Source of the DNA: Methanotrichaceae archaeon
GTDB taxonomy: Archaea; Halobacteriota; Methanosarcinia; Methanotrichales; Methanotrichaceae
DNA: 64,000 nt
Assembly: GCA_963748825.1 (NCBI GenBank)
Contig: CAVVKN010000013.1
Coordinates: 33,195 to 97,194 of the forward strand
Reading direction: 5' to 3'
The position numbers were made by a program, and so were the translations under genes. Under the pieces are notes generated by a model. It ran no database searches. It saw only the letters and a program-made list of their open reading frames with translations, and was not told the DNA's origin. Every line of letters begins with the position of its first letter. The first letter of the stretch is position 1. This document shows positions 27,522 to 39,291 of the stretch, in pieces.

Positions 27522-29204
27522 CTAATCCGTGGCCAATATGTGCCCGATGATCCTGCCGTAAGCAGGCCTCGCTATGAATGTGCCCAAAATCACACCCAGG
27601 ATGATGATGAGTGCAAATCCGGTGAGCGAGCCAAAGCCCATGACAAGCAACGGCAGCATAGCCACAACCGTGGTCGCAGCAGCTCCCATTATGATCATGA
27701 AAGCCTTGGACAGCCGGGCCAAATAGACCTTGTTGGTTGTGGCGACAACATTGCCTACCCCAGCTTTCTCAGCCGCGTCAGCTGCCCTCTCCTTGATGCT
27801 GCGCCCGACGGTTGATACCGCCGCCTCGCCGCCTTTCATCAGCTCATCGGTGATGATGACAAGCTGATCCACGCCTGTGCCTATCACCATGATGATGCCG
27901 GCAAGGCTGGCCAGATCAAGCTGCCAGCCGGCTACTGCCCAGACGCCCAGCATCATTACGACCTCGAAGAAGGAGGTAGTCACCATAGGCAGGACAATCC
28001 TTCTCTCCCGGTAGCGGTAGTAAATCATGCCGGCTACGGCCATGAGAGCAATCAGCCCGGCTATGACCATTTGAATCTTAAACTGCCTGCCCAAAGCTGC
28101 AGATACCTGACCGGAGCCGACAACCTCGACATTTACCGGCAGGGCACCTTCTCGCAGGTGAATGTAAAGCTCTTTGGCCTTAGTAGAGCCCGCATCGCCT
28201 CCACCTACAGTAGCCTGCATGCTGCGCGAAGGAGCCTTCTGCAGACTGCTTGCCAGCTCAGGAGCTAGAGGAGCAGAAAAGATCTCATCCTTATCCAGAT
28301 ACATGGATATGTAATGGTCCTCGGGTCTCTTGGTGGCACCCGAATCAATCGCAGCCTTCTGGAAGGTCATCGCTCCTTCTTCAGAGAGCACAAAGGGAAC
28401 TCCCCATCCACCATTGCGTTCTCCCTGGGGGATGTCCACAGTCTCCACGGCATCTCCGTAGAGCACATGCATGCTCTGGTTATTCTCGGTCTGGATTCTT
28501 ATCTCGAACTTACCGGGCTTGCCCACTACCTCCTGGGCAGCAGCCACATCCATTCCCGCCAGATCGATGAGGATGTATTTATTATCTACAACTCTTACTT
28601 TTATGTCCTGCAGTCCCAGGCGGTTTAGCTTGGAGTCTAAAACCTTCTTGGTCTCGTCCACTGTCTCCTTGGACACGCCCATTACAAATGCGTCTTCGCC
28701 GGGGGGCACTTTGCCACCCACTGGAGCTAAGAGCGAATCAAGCGATTCCCTGGTAACATTAGTCCGTATCTCATAGCGGATGGGCGCGACTGCGACATTG
28801 AGCTGGACATCTGCGTCCAGATTCTTCTTGAGGTAATTGATGACAATCGTCTCAGGAGATGCCATTATTGTAATCTTGGTGCTGTTATCTCCTTTCGCAA
28901 TTTTCGACCCTATGTAGCCGAGATCATCGGTAAACGTCGACTCGACAATTCCCGGCACCGTCACCACATAGCTCTGTCCGTGCTTCTCTACGGATGAGGC
29001 ATTAAACTGCATTTCCAGAATCTTTTCCGGCGAGACATCTATTTGCGCCTCCGCGCCCTGCAATTGCAGCTGCAAATATGAGCCGCCTTCTAGATCCAGT
29101 CCGAATTTAAGGCCGAAAAAGCCGATGGAAATTATGGCCAAAGCCACAAAGACCGCATATAAGACGACCCTTCGATCCTTGGATAATTCTTCAAAAAGGC
29201 TCAT
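27522..29204 (-). CDS. secD: Protein translocase subunit SecD
   Basis: KFGLDLEGGS, LREGALP, IGTGVDQLVIITDE, C-terminal TMs. Confidence 0.93.
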   Translation of the reverse strand: MSLFEELSKDRRVVLYAVFVALAIISIGFFGLKFGLDLEGGSYLQLQLQGAEAQIDVSPEKILEMQFNASSVEKHGQSYVVTVPGIVESTFTDDLGYIGSKIAKGDNSTKITIMASPETIVINYLKKNLDADVQLNVAVAPIRYEIRTNVTRESLDSLLAPVGGKVPPGEDAFVMGVSKETVDETKKVLDSKLNRLGLQDIKVRVVDNKYILIDLAGMDVAAAQEVVGKPGKFEIRIQTENNQSMHVLYGDAVETVDIPQGERNGGWGVPFVLSEEGAMTFQKAAIDSGATKRPEDHYISMYLDKDEIFSAPLAPELASSLQKAPSRSMQATVGGGDAGSTKAKELYIHLREGALPVNVEVVGSGQVSAALGRQFKIQMVIAGLIALMAVAGMIYYRYRERRIVLPMVTTSFFEVVMMLGVWAVAGWQLDLASLAGIIMVIGTGVDQLVIITDELMKGGEAAVSTVGRSIKERAADAAEKAGVGNVVATTNKVYLARLSKAFMIIMGAAATTVVAMLPLLVMGFGSLTGFALIIILGVILGTFIARPAYGRIIGHILATD

Positions 29205-30091
29205 CTTCTCTGCCCCCTTGTCGCCTTCTTCGGCCTATTCATGTACCATCTGAGCCCCTGGGCATTTGTGATCCAGGTGTTTAGGATATCCGCCGCCAGG
29301 CCGAATATGAGAACTGTGGTCATATCTGCAATGATGTCCATTCTGGTGAATGACGGTACTATGAGATATAGGAAGTTTGAGATTATTATGAGGGAAATTA
29401 CCGCAGCAATGGAGGTCCCGGCCATGGTCAGGCCCGTTCCCATCGCTCCCTTGATCTTATCTTCCACGCTGCCCTTACGCTTCAACACCCTCATGGATAG
29501 TAAGATATCAGTATCAACAGAATAACCGATGAGCATGAGAAGAGCAGCCACCGTTCCCAGTGAGAGCTGTACGCCCGTAAAGTTCATGGAAGCCGCTGCC
29601 GTCAAAATGTCGGCCAGCGCACTGATCACAATCAGCAGAGAAACGAAAGGCTCCCTGAACACCAGGAAGACAACTATAGCCATCAATAGGAAAGAAAGAG
29701 GAAGGTACTTGATGACCTGCGCCTGAAGCTCCTTGCTGTAAATGGGTCCTATGTGCCTGATCTCCGAGCTATCGAAATTGGTATTGGCCAGCTTGACAAG
29801 ATTGGCATACTGCGATTCGCTCATGGGGCCGAACTGGAGCATAAATCTGCCGCCGATGTTTCTTATGTCCACCAGTGGATAAGAAGCAAACTCTGCCGCC
29901 ACGTTTTCTTCCGAATCCGTCGAAGGCACTGTGACAAGAGTGCCTCCTGTAAACTCTATTCCCAGCTTCACAGGCGAGCCTGTGGCAAGGTAGGTCGCGC
30001 CCAAGCTGATAAGTGCCAATATTATGATAGCGATAGGAACCAGCATTATCTGCTTGGGTGGGTACTTAGAAACGATGTCCTCCAATTCCAT
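29201..30091 (-). CDS. secF: Protein translocase subunit SecF
   Basis: LGIEFTGGT, LIGYSVDTDILL, FGLAAD. ATGA overlap with secD. Confidence 0.93.
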   Translation of the reverse strand: MELEDIVSKYPPKQIMLVPIAIIILALISLGATYLATGSPVKLGIEFTGGTLVTVPSTDSEENVAAEFASYPLVDIRNIGGRFMLQFGPMSESQYANLVKLANTNFDSSEIRHIGPIYSKELQAQVIKYLPLSFLLMAIVVFLVFREPFVSLLIVISALADILTAAASMNFTGVQLSLGTVAALLMLIGYSVDTDILLSMRVLKRKGSVEDKIKGAMGTGLTMAGTSIAAVISLIIISNFLYLIVPSFTRMDIIADMTTVLIFGLAADILNTWITNAQGLRWYMNRPKKATRGQRR

Positions 30092-30257
30092 GTTATTTCT
30101 CCTCGAACTTCCTCTATATTTAAACCCACCGCATAATATTACTTTGCTAGCGAATGTGTTACTTGATGCTTATGCGCCTTCATAAGAATATTTCAATCTA
30201 TTTACGGCTTGTCGTCAATGCTTGTCCTTAAAGCTCGCCGTCAAAGCCTGACCGTCC

Positions 30258-31538
30258 TCAAACCTTCTCCCATTTCTTAAGGTTTGCCACCTGGGAGAGT
30301 GTCTTGCCGCGCCGGATCTCCTCATAGAGCCTGCTTTCCATCTTCTCCACCTCTTTGGCTCTTCTGGCGATCTCGTAGGCCCTCTCTTTGGGTATGACCA
30401 CAACTCCGCTATCGTCTCCCACAATGTAATCCCCGGGCCGCACCTTCTGGCCGCCGCAGGTAATCTCGGAGTTGATCTCGCCCATGCCCTTCGGGTCGCC
30501 GGCATTAGGTGTGATCCCCGACGAGAATATGGGGTAGTTCAAGGCTCTGATCTCATCCACATCCCGCACCGCTCCGTCAATAACCACGCCTTCAATTCCC
30601 TTATTCTTGCTGCTCAAAGTAGCGAGACCGCCCCAAGGCGCGATGTAATTGCTGCCATTATAGATCACCAGCACATCTCCCGGTCCTGCCAGATCGATGG
30701 CCTCCACGGGCTTGGCCCAGTCTCCGGCAAAGGTCTGCACGGTTATGGCCCTGCCTACGATTTTGTTGCCGTGATTTATGGGAAGTATGCCGCGCATGGC
30801 CCCTTTTCGGTGCATGGCATCGGAGACATTGGGAGCCGATACCTCTCGCAGAATAGATATCATTTCCTCCTCACGGCTCATTTTAGGAGTCGCGCTGATC
30901 TGTGCATGGTCTATTGCTTCGCGAATCTTGCGTGCGGATGCAGTCACATTGGCGCTTCTCACAATGCTTCCGCCAACGATTACGATAGCAGCACCGCTGG
31001 CTATTGCCTCGGCACCGGTGAACTCGTCTATGCCGCCCGCTGCCGCCACCGGAGTTTTGACCTCTTTTACGATCTCTTTCAGGAAATCAACTGTGTCGCG
31101 ACCGGTCATCTGCTGGTCGATTCCTACATGAACGCAAATGTAGTCCACACCGAGGGCGTCCAACTCGCGGGAGCGCTTTACTGGGTCTGGGACGGTGAGA
31201 AGATCCATCATGATCTGCACGCCGTATTTTCGCGCAGCTCGCAGGGCATCCTCGATGGTGGAGTTATCGGAGGCGGCAAGCAATGCCACTATATCGGCTC
31301 CGGCTTTGGCTGCCATCTCCACCTCCATGGCCCCGGTGTCCACGGTCTTCATATCGGCTACGATCTTGGTGCCGGGCAGGGCCTTTTTCATCTCGCGCAC
31401 GGCATCCATGCCCTCGCTCTTGATGAGAGGTGTTCCTGCCTCAATCCAGTCTGCGCCACCCGAGACTGCTTCTTTTGCTATCTGAATTGACCTGTCCAGC
31501 TCCAGAAGATCCAGTGCCACCTGTAGAATGGGTTTAAT
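30258..31538 (-). CDS. hps: 3-hexulose-6-phosphate synthase fused to an RraA/MenG-like domain
   Basis: (KPILQ)[25 protein letters not shown], then [31 protein letters not shown]. The start is probably ATT at 31538 (the ORF track uses GTG 31520). Confidence 0.88.
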   Translation of the reverse strand: MKPILQVALDLLELDRSIQIAKEAVSGGADWIEAGTPLIKSEGMDAVREMKKALPGTKIVADMKTVDTGAMEVEMAAKAGADIVALLAASDNSTIEDALRAARKYGVQIMMDLLTVPDPVKRSRELDALGVDYICVHVGIDQQMTGRDTVDFLKEIVKEVKTPVAAAGGIDEFTGAEAIASGAAIVIVGGSIVRSANVTASARKIREAIDHAQISATPKMSREEEMISILREVSAPNVSDAMHRKGAMRGILPINHGNKIVGRAITVQTFAGDWAKPVEAIDLAGPGDVLVIYNGSNYIAPWGGLATLSSKNKGIEGVVIDGAVRDVDEIRALNYPIFSSGITPNAGDPKGMGEINSEITCGGQKVRPGDYIVGDDSGVVVIPKERAYEIARRAKEVEKMESRLYEEIRRGKTLSQVANLKKWEKV

Positions 31539-31600
31539 ATCACATCACCACACATCAGCACACATTAGTATACATCAGCACAAGCTAAGTAAAAAGATGC

Positions 31601-32512
31601 ATGGTATATAAAATGAAGCTGGCAGATATTTCTGAGATAGAGCTTGATGACGATCCCTTTCGGCCTCACAGCCTGACCTTCACCAAGCTGCACGGAAACG
31701 GCAACGACTTCATCCTGGTAGATGAGACTGGGCGCGAGCAGGTAGCAGAGAGCGAGAAGACAAGGTTTGCCATTGCCTGCTGCCATCGCAACTTCGGCAT
31801 AGGTGCAGATGGTGTTTTATTCCTGACAAACAGCTCGCGGGCAGACCTGGGCATGAGGCTCATTCAGCCGGACGGCTCGGAGGCGGAGATGTGCGGCAAC
31901 GGCATACGCTGCCTGGCCAAGTATGCCTGGGATACGGGATACGTCGGCGAGTTCTTTGATGTGGAGACCTTGGCAGGCATAATCCCCGTGCAGGTTCGAG
32001 AGATGGATGGCTCTTTTTGGGCCAAGGTGGATATGGGGGTGCCCAAGTTCGACCGGCCTTCCATACCGGCCTGCGGCATTGGCGAGCTTGTCTCGGAAGA
32101 GATCGACGGTTGTAAGGTATCGGCGGTCAACACCGGTGTTCCCCATGCCGTTATTATTGTCGAGGATATGGTGTTTGACATCCGGGAGACGGCTCCGCTC
32201 ATAAGACACAATAGCCTCTTTCCGGAAGGAGCCAATGTGAATTTTGTCAAGATCGGCCAGCCTTTAGAGATCAGGACCTTCGAGCGGGGTGTGGAAGGGG
32301 AGACCCTGTCCTGCGGCACGGGTTCCGTGGCTGCGGCCAGTGTGGCGCGACGCCTGGGACTGGTGGATGATGAAGTCCGGGTGCAGACCAAAGGCGGACC
32401 TTTGATTATAACCTTCGAAGAGGACAAAGCCTTCATGGAAGGGCCTGCGGTAACGGTTTTCTCCGGCGAGCTCTCTGAAGAATACCTGTGGAACATCTCT
32501 TTGGAACCGTGA
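31601..32512 (+). CDS. dapF: Diaminopimelate epimerase
   Basis: FTKLHGNGNDF, GIGADG, AEMCGNG, TGVPH, ERGVEGETLSCGTG. Confidence 0.93.
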   Translation: MVYKMKLADISEIELDDDPFRPHSLTFTKLHGNGNDFILVDETGREQVAESEKTRFAIACCHRNFGIGADGVLFLTNSSRADLGMRLIQPDGSEAEMCGNGIRCLAKYAWDTGYVGEFFDVETLAGIIPVQVREMDGSFWAKVDMGVPKFDRPSIPACGIGELVSEEIDGCKVSAVNTGVPHAVIIVEDMVFDIRETAPLIRHNSLFPEGANVNFVKIGQPLEIRTFERGVEGETLSCGTGSVAAASVARRLGLVDDEVRVQTKGGPLIITFEEDKAFMEGPAVTVFSGELSEEYLWNISLEP

Positions 32513-32531
32513 GAATATCATTGAGGCAAAA

Positions 32532-32996
32532 ATGATGGCAAAAGCGGCATTTTCGGGGCTGATGATACTCATCATTTCTCTCATGGTCCAATGCATTGTC
32601 ATAAGCCCGGCCATAGCTGAACATTATGTGATGGAGATCGGCAGCAAGAGCAATCCCAATGCTCATCTTTTCAGCTACGATCAGAAGTTTCGGGAGAGCA
32701 CCAATCTGCATAACTATCCCATGAAAATGAGCGCATCCAAGGAGTTTACCGATGCCACCCGTCTCTCAACCAGGATGGAGTTGAAGGCGCTGCCCAATCT
32801 TACGGAGATGACCATAGACGCGGACTTCATAGGCATTGGCCGCATTGGCTACCTGGTGCTGGACCCGGAGACCGGGGACATAAAGGACGAGGTATCGCGC
32901 ATCAATCACATGTTCGTGGGCAACTTCACCATTGAAGAGCAGATCATTGTGGCCAAGGATCACATGTGCGAGAACGGATATCTGCCCTGCTCTTGA
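32532..32996 (+). CDS. Secreted hypothetical protein
   Basis: Signal-peptide-like N-terminus, C-terminal C..YLPC. Confidence 0.6.
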   Translation: MMAKAAFSGLMILIISLMVQCIVISPAIAEHYVMEIGSKSNPNAHLFSYDQKFRESTNLHNYPMKMSASKEFTDATRLSTRMELKALPNLTEMTIDADFIGIGRIGYLVLDPETGDIKDEVSRINHMFVGNFTIEEQIIVAKDHMCENGYLPCS

Positions 32997-33043
32997 TCCT
33001 TCAATCACTTTTGTGTCTGCATGCCCAGAGTTGTGGATCAAGA

Positions 33044-33073
33044 TGGCCTCCTGGCATTTGGCCTCCTGGCATT
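33044..33073. repeat. Perfect 15-bp tandem duplication TGGCCTCCTGGCATT x2
   Basis: Direct reading of 33044-33058 and 33059-33073. Confidence 0.8.
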
Positions 33074-33258
33074 TAAATCCTGTATTTTGAATCATAAATG
33101 TCGCAGGCTGGCTTTAGAATCTGCGTTTAGCTATTGGTATCCTATCTTCTGCATTAGAAAACCGATCGACTCGACTCGGAACGAATCGCGATGCTGAGCC
33201 GAAACAGCAGAAAGCATTATGATCTCATGGGGCAGTAAGCGAAGACAAGGGATGGTTA

Positions 33259-33687
33259 ATGCAGATCAGGAATTTCAGGCAAGGTCGCATCTTTTTTGCC
33301 AGGCTCGACCATGGTGCAGATATCATCAGCCAGATCACCAATCTTGCTGAGAAAAATGGAATTGAGACGGCCGCCTTGTGCGCTATCGGTGCTCTCTCTC
33401 GGGCTGAACTTGGCTACTACGATCAGCTTTCTCACGAGTATGGCATGATTTCCTTGGAAGAGCCGGTGGAATTGGCCTCTTGCACCGGAAATATATCCAT
33501 GCGGGACGGCCGGCCTTTTGTGCATGCTCATGCCGTTCTGTCGGACAGGACGGGAAGGACCTGGGGCGGCCACCTGACCTCTGGCATCATCTTTGCCGCA
33601 GAAATCTATTTGCAGGAACTTACCGGCCTGCCTCTGAAAAGAGTCCCTGATTCTATAACGGGCCTCAAGCTCTGGGGAGAAGAGTAA
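33259..33687 (+). CDS. PPC/DUF296 domain protein
   Basis: [30 protein letters not shown]. Confidence 0.85.
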   Translation: MQIRNFRQGRIFFARLDHGADIISQITNLAEKNGIETAALCAIGALSRAELGYYDQLSHEYGMISLEEPVELASCTGNISMRDGRPFVHAHAVLSDRTGRTWGGHLTSGIIFAAEIYLQELTGLPLKRVPDSITGLKLWGEE

Positions 33688-36600
33688 TGAAGAATTCCGA
33701 ATACTTCGAGCATTTACAGCAGGGCCTGAAAAACGCCATGGAGATAGCCCAGGCCGCACGCAGCCAGGGATTGGACCCCAGCACCGAGGTAGAGATACCG
33801 CTGGCTGTGGACCTGGCGGAAAGGGTAGAAAAGCTGATCGGCATTCCCGGCATTGCCGTGCGTATTCGGGAGCTGGAAGAGAAGGGCATGAGCCGGGAAG
33901 AAGCCGCTCTGGCCATAGGTATTGATTTCGCGGAAGGGCGTCTGGGAGAAGGCGCCACCAAGATCCAGTCTGTGGAAAACGCCATTCGTACATCGGTTGC
34001 CCTGCTAACCGAGGGCGTGGTGGCAGCGCCTATTGAAGGAATCGCTCGCGTGGACCTGGGGAAAAACGATGATGGAACAGAATATCTCAAGGTCTACTAC
34101 GCAGGTCCCATTCGCTCCGCGGGCGGAACCGCCCAGGCTCTATCCGTTCTCGTGGCCGATTATGTGAGAAGGGCCGTGGGCATCGCTCCCTGGAAACCGA
34201 GGCCTGAAGAGGTGGAGCGCTATGTAGAGGAGATCGGCCTTTACAAGCGCGTGGCTGGCCTCCAGTATTCCCCCTCGGACGACGAGATTCGAACCATTGT
34301 GCGAAACTGCCCCATCTGCATCGAGGGCGAGCCCACTGAGGAGGAAGAGGTCTCTGGATACCGCGACCTTCCCAGGATCGAGACCAATCGTGTGCGGGGC
34401 GGCATCGCTCTGGTCTCCGCTGAGGGCATCGCCCTGAAGAGGCCCAAACTCAAGAAGCATGTCATAAAACTTGGCATCACAGGCTGGGAGTGGCTCGAAA
34501 CGCTTTCCAGCGGCAAAAAGGAAGGTGGAGACTCATCCCCCAAGTTTTTACGAGACCTGATTGCCGGCCGTCCCGTCTTTTCCCATCCCTCCCGGCCGGG
34601 TGGCTTTCGGCTGCGTTACGGACGTGCCAGAAATACGGGCCTTGCCGCCGCCGGCATCAATCCTGCCAGCATGCTGCTTTTGGGTCAGTTCATGGCTGCC
34701 GGAACCCAGATCAAGGTAGAGCAGCCGGGGAAAGCCGCGGCCGTAGCTCCAGTCAGCTCCATCGAGGGGCCTACGGTGAGGCTATTAAACGGCGATGTGG
34801 TTCGCTTCGATTCCGATCAGGATATCCTGGTGTGGATGCCCAAAATCTGCAAAGATCCTAGAACCATTCATGCGGCGCTCAAGGCCCACGTCGCCAATAT
34901 TTTAGACATAGGCGAAATTTTGATCAGCTACGGTGAGTTCCTGGAGAACAATAGGCCCCTGGCTCCTGCCTCTTACGCCTTTGAGTGGTGGGCAGAGGAG
35001 CTATTAAAAGCGGGCGGCAACCCCGCCGGCAAAGAGAAGATCGGCGGACAGGAAGCCATAGCTTTATCCCGAGAATACGGCGTGCCCCTGCACCCGGCTC
35101 ATACCTATCTCTGGCATGATCTTCCTATGCAGGAGTTTGAGAGTCTTGTCTCTCTGGCCTTCTCAGAAGGCCGTCTTGAATCAGGAAAGCTCCTGCTTCC
35201 CATGCCTGCCAAGGAGAGCCTGGAGACGCTGCTGGTCCTCCATAAGGTTAGAGATGGAAAAATAATCATCGAAGATCCGCTGCCTCTCTTGCTCTGCCTG
35301 GGTTTGGATCCGGACGGCATCGGCCTGAAAAAAGTCAGCGTTCAGACGGCTGAGGACAGGATCAGAGAAGAAAGGGCAGAAGGCGATAAGGCAGACGCAG
35401 AAAAGAAAGAATGCTTTGCGCTGGACGCCGTCAACAGACTCTCAGGTCTCGTTGTTCGCGCTCGGGCGCCCACGCGCATCGGTGCTCGCATGGGCCGTCC
35501 CGAGAAATCGGATAAAAGGCTTATGCGCCCACCACCGCATGTGCTCTTTCCGGCAGGAGAAGAAGGCGGCAAATCAAGGTCTATCCAAGAGGCTGCCAAG
35601 CACTCCACTAGTAATACCACTGGCATCATCAATGTGGAGATCGAGCGGAGGGTATGCAAAGACTGCGGTAAGATGGGCTTTTCCTTCCGTTGCGAGTGCG
35701 GCGGCTACACAGAAAAAAAGAGAGTCTGCCCCAAATGTAACATTCCCGCCTCGGATAAGTGCCCCAAGTGCGGTAAAGATACAACGGCCGCTGCCAAGAT
35801 GCAGATCGACGTAAAGAAGCTGTATCACCAGGCGCTGGAGCGTTTGGGCGAGCGTGAGCCGGACTCGCTCAAGGGCGTCCTCGGTCTTTCCTCCCGTGAT
35901 AAGACTCCCGAGCCTCTGGAGAAAGGCATACTGCGTGCCAAGCACGGCATAAACATCTTCAAAGATGGCACGGTGAGGTACGATCTCACTGATCTGCCTC
36001 TCACTCATTTCCGCTCAGATGAGATCGGCACGAGCCCGGAGATTTTGTGCAGTTTGGGCTATACAGTGGACATGCACGGCCAGCCCATGACAGCAGTGGA
36101 TCAGGTCTGCGAGCTTCGCGTGCAGGATATCATTTTAGCCGGGGATGCGGGCGATTATCTGCTCAAAGTGGCCAAATTCGTGGATGAGCTCCTCGTCAAG
36201 TTCTACGGTCTTGCGCCCTACTACAATGCATTAACTCCGGCGGACCTGATCGGCACTCTCATGGTGGGCCTCGCTCCGCACACCTCGGCGGGAGTGCTTT
36301 GCCGCCTCATCGGCTACAGCACGGCCTCAGCCGGCTTTGGCCATCCCTTCTTTCATGCCGCCAAGCGCCGCAACTGCGACGGCGATGAGGACTGCGTGAT
36401 GCTGCTCATGGATGCGCTGCTCAACTTTTCCATGTCCTACCTTCCTGCCAAGCGAGGGGGAAAGATGGATGCCTGCCTGGTCATGACCACCATTCTCAAT
36501 CCTTCAGAGGTTGACAAAGAGGCTCATAACCTCGATCTGACGCGCGTATACCCTCTGGAGTTTTATGAGGCCACATTGCTGGGGACAAATCCCAAAGACC

Positions 36601-37127
36601 TGGAGGCGAGGTTTGATCTGGTCTCCAAGCGGCTAGGCTCTGATGCCCAGTACGAGGGCTTCAATTTCAGCCACAGTACCACGGATATAGCCGCCGGCCC
36701 CAAGTACAGTGCCTACAAGACCCTGGAGACCATGGTCGACAAGATGGACGCCCAGCTGGAGCTGGCGCGCATGATCCGGGCGGTGGATGAGCAGGATGTA
36801 GCAGAGCGCGTTATCAACTCTCATTTTCTGCCTGATCTGATCGGCAATCTGCATGCCTTCTCCAAGCAGAAGGTGAGGTGCGTGAAGTGCGGGGCCAAAT
36901 TCCGGCGCCCTCCCTTGAAAGAGACCTGTCCCAAGTGCGGCGGCAGGATAATCCTCACGGTGCATGAGGGCAGCGTTCGGAAATATCTGGAAGTCTCCAT
37001 AAAGGTGGCCGAGGAGTATGGCGTGAGCAGCTACACCAAGCAGAGGCTGCAACTTTTGAAGATCGAGATCAACTCCCTCTTCAAGAATGACAAAGCCAAA
37101 CAGACGGGCCTGGCAGACTTCATGTGA
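33687..37127 (+). CDS. polC: DNA polymerase II (PolD) large subunit DP2, intein-free
   Basis: [30 protein letters not shown], Zn fingers, [10 protein letters not shown] catalytic motif, C-terminal PIP box QTGLADFM. Confidence 0.97.
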   Translation: MKNSEYFEHLQQGLKNAMEIAQAARSQGLDPSTEVEIPLAVDLAERVEKLIGIPGIAVRIRELEEKGMSREEAALAIGIDFAEGRLGEGATKIQSVENAIRTSVALLTEGVVAAPIEGIARVDLGKNDDGTEYLKVYYAGPIRSAGGTAQALSVLVADYVRRAVGIAPWKPRPEEVERYVEEIGLYKRVAGLQYSPSDDEIRTIVRNCPICIEGEPTEEEEVSGYRDLPRIETNRVRGGIALVSAEGIALKRPKLKKHVIKLGITGWEWLETLSSGKKEGGDSSPKFLRDLIAGRPVFSHPSRPGGFRLRYGRARNTGLAAAGINPASMLLLGQFMAAGTQIKVEQPGKAAAVAPVSSIEGPTVRLLNGDVVRFDSDQDILVWMPKICKDPRTIHAALKAHVANILDIGEILISYGEFLENNRPLAPASYAFEWWAEELLKAGGNPAGKEKIGGQEAIALSREYGVPLHPAHTYLWHDLPMQEFESLVSLAFSEGRLESGKLLLPMPAKESLETLLVLHKVRDGKIIIEDPLPLLLCLGLDPDGIGLKKVSVQTAEDRIREERAEGDKADAEKKECFALDAVNRLSGLVVRARAPTRIGARMGRPEKSDKRLMRPPPHVLFPAGEEGGKSRSIQEAAKHSTSNTTGIINVEIERRVCKDCGKMGFSFRCECGGYTEKKRVCPKCNIPASDKCPKCGKDTTAAAKMQIDVKKLYHQALERLGEREPDSLKGVLGLSSRDKTPEPLEKGILRAKHGINIFKDGTVRYDLTDLPLTHFRSDEIGTSPEILCSLGYTVDMHGQPMTAVDQVCELRVQDIILAGDAGDYLLKVAKFVDELLVKFYGLAPYYNALTPADLIGTLMVGLAPHTSAGVLCRLIGYSTASAGFGHPFFHAAKRRNCDGDEDCVMLLMDALLNFSMSYLPAKRGGKMDACLVMTTILNPSEVDKEAHNLDLTRVYPLEFYEATLLGTNPKDLEARFDLVSKRLGSDAQYEGFNFSHSTTDIAAGPKYSAYKTLETMVDKMDAQLELARMIRAVDEQDVAERVINSHFLPDLIGNLHAFSKQKVRCVKCGAKFRRPPLKETCPKCGGRIILTVHEGSVRKYLEVSIKVAEEYGVSSYTKQRLQLLKIEINSLFKNDKAKQTGLADFM

Positions 37128-37197
37128 ACTGAATCCGAATCTATAAATTTAAATATCAATCGAATAGATAGATTACAGAAGAAGGGGATGACAGTTC

Positions 37198-38007
37198 ATG
37201 CTTAGACGGGGGATAATACTATTGCTGCTGGCGACGATGCTCACCGGCAACGCGCTTAGCGATGTGAACACCATTACGGCCTCGCAGGATGTTTATATCA
37301 GCATGGGAGAGAATAGGGTCTCTGTTTATAATCAAACCGAGATGCTTCTCTGTGCCATTAATGTGACGGATGGCAACAAGACCGAGATGATCAGTTATCC
37401 CGGCGCACCTGTAGTTCAGTTTAATATTTCCGGCCTCAATATCACAGATAACGATGTTGCGGTTCTGGTGCTCAAAGCCGCATCCATGCAGAAGCAAAAA
37501 GATCCAATCATGGTGGCATTGATGTCCATCGGTTCCGATTGGGATGAAAGGTCGGACTACACCACATTTCTGGTCAATATTCTTCCTGCCTGGAATATTA
37601 TCAAGAAGAACGATGCCACTGCCATGAGCAGCAACACCGATGGCGATAGCATCTTCGCCTTTGACGTATCCCAAAAGCTTAGGGATGCCAGGGCAGAGGG
37701 AGACAAAATATCCTTCCTCCTGGAGGCTATCAGCAACAGCAGCTCGGAAATCTCCCTCCTGTCCCGGGAGACCGGCCAGGGTCCGTGCCTGGTTATCATG
37801 CCCTACCCGGTATTTTCGCCAGATTTAGCCATGCAGCCCGGTTTAACGCTTGATTTGAGCTCGCAGCCAGATAATACCACGGTTCTTTCCGAAAACATGA
37901 ACCAAACAGAACAGCAGACAGACATGCCAATCGCTTTGCAGACAATCCCAGCGGGCGGAGCGATTCCCGTGGCCGGCAGATTTCTGAGCAACCAGAGTCT
38001 CGAATAA
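37198..38007 (+). CDS. Secreted hypothetical protein (beta-sandwich, DNRLRE/CBM96-like pattern)
   Basis: Signal peptide, ASQDVYI, VQFNIS, FDVS, SRE..GPCL, many NxS/T sites. Confidence 0.6.
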   Translation: MLRRGIILLLLATMLTGNALSDVNTITASQDVYISMGENRVSVYNQTEMLLCAINVTDGNKTEMISYPGAPVVQFNISGLNITDNDVAVLVLKAASMQKQKDPIMVALMSIGSDWDERSDYTTFLVNILPAWNIIKKNDATAMSSNTDGDSIFAFDVSQKLRDARAEGDKISFLLEAISNSSSEISLLSRETGQGPCLVIMPYPVFSPDLAMQPGLTLDLSSQPDNTTVLSENMNQTEQQTDMPIALQTIPAGGAIPVAGRFLSNQSLE

Positions 38008-38207
38008 GATGAACTGACCTTGGGTTTCTGGCCAGTTCGTGCAGATGGACCAAGATGGGTGGGGTGGTATCGGTTGGAAGCTAAAATGCCTGCCAGGCCC
38101 CGCAGCCCCATCTTGCTTTTTCACCTTCTTTTTCCAGCACAAAAAAAGAGCATGCACAATTGCCAGCCACAAGAGGAAAATAATCCAACGGATCAAGGAA
38201 TAACTGA

Positions 38208-38721
38208 ATGGACTTCTTCTCCCGTGAGACCGGTTCTGGCCGCATCACTGGCCGCCAGGCATGCACATGCGTGCAAGCACGAAGTTCCCAAGACAATTCA
38301 GCTACGCAACGAGACGCTACGCCAACTCAATCCGGATGAGCGCACCACGGTCGCTCTGCTCAAGAAGGCCCTGGCGCTGCCCGCTACTGCGAAGTGGGCC
38401 ATTTCCACCTCCGGCATCTTTGTGCGCACCGGCGGCCTGGCCGAAATGCTGGCCAATCTGTCAGATGCGAAATTGATCTACCTGCGCGAGAATGGTGCGG
38501 ACATTCGCGGCCTTGGTGAGGACTGCCAGGGTGGCAGCAGCCTTTCCGGCGAGGCGGCCTTCATCTTGGGAGACCACACCGGCATGACGCCCGAAGAAGA
38601 GAGCCTGATCGAGCAGGCCGGGGCCAGGGTAGTCTCCCTGGGACCGACCGGCCTGCACGCCGACCACTGTATTGTTCTCTTAAACTGGTTCCTGGACACC
38701 AATGTATTTATGCCGGGATGA
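38208..38721 (+). pseudogene. trmY: tRNA (pseudouridine54-N1)-methyltransferase, N-terminus degraded
   Basis: The C-terminal SPOUT part is intact (PKTI, LNPDERT, YLRENG, FILGDHTG, VSLGP..LHADHC). The expected N-terminal region is missing or scrambled, and there is no credible in-frame start. Confidence 0.7.
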
Positions 38722-38757
38722 GGATAAAATATGCATGAATGGAAAGGGAGCCAAAAC

Positions 38758-39003
38758 ATGTCTGAATTAAAGAGCCCAACAATCGCAGTGATATTGAACC
38801 TCATCATTGCTGGTTTGGGGCACGTTTATTTGGGTTACACCAAGAGAGGAATTGTTCTGTTCATTTTAACGGCGCTGATAGCAGTCATCAGCTCGGGATT
38901 GGGCTGGATCGTGGGCGTCATCTTTTGCTCATACGATGCCTATCTGCTGGCGAAGAATAGACCTGCTATCTTCGACTTCCTGGCGAAATATATCGGCGAA
39001 TAG
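38758..39003 (+). CDS. Small TM2-like membrane protein
   Basis: KSPTIAVILNLIIAGLGHVYLGYTKRG..YDAY pattern. Confidence 0.7.
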   Translation: MSELKSPTIAVILNLIIAGLGHVYLGYTKRGIVLFILTALIAVISSGLGWIVGVIFCSYDAYLLAKNRPAIFDFLAKYIGE

Positions 39004-39094
39004 ATTTTTTGCTCTGAGGGGGGAACTTCATGCCCATTTCAGATCAGGAATTCTTTTTATCTAATGTGAATATTATTAGTATCCAGTGAGTACT

Positions 39095-39221
39095 ATGGAA
39101 ACTGATAAGAATGCTCCTACCTGTTGGCAACATTTTAGGCCCTCTGGTGATCTGGCTGGTAAAAATGAGAGAGTATGAGTTTGTATACCGGTATCCATTC
39201 GCTTTGAGGATCATCAAGTAG
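39095..39221 (+). pseudogene. Internally deleted remnant of a DUF4870-like membrane protein
   Basis: METDKNA in one frame, then LLPVGNILGPLVIWLVKMREYEFV-YRYPFALRIIK*. Start-, middle- and end-like motifs are joined with the intervening segments missing. Confidence 0.55.
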
Positions 39222-39291
39222 ATGAGCACGGATGGATCAATTGCAAGCTTAAATAAACCAGAAGCTCGATCGCAAGATATGAAGAGTCATT

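Noticed and set aside
33044-33073. CRISPR array (also 51084-51115 and 27364-27393)
   Set aside because: These are only 2-3 short adjacent copies with no spacers, and there are no cas genes.
33687-37127. Intein in DP2 (also checked LonB and CDC48)
   Set aside because: The usual insertion motifs ([18 protein letters not shown], Walker A regions) are contiguous and the protein lengths are normal.
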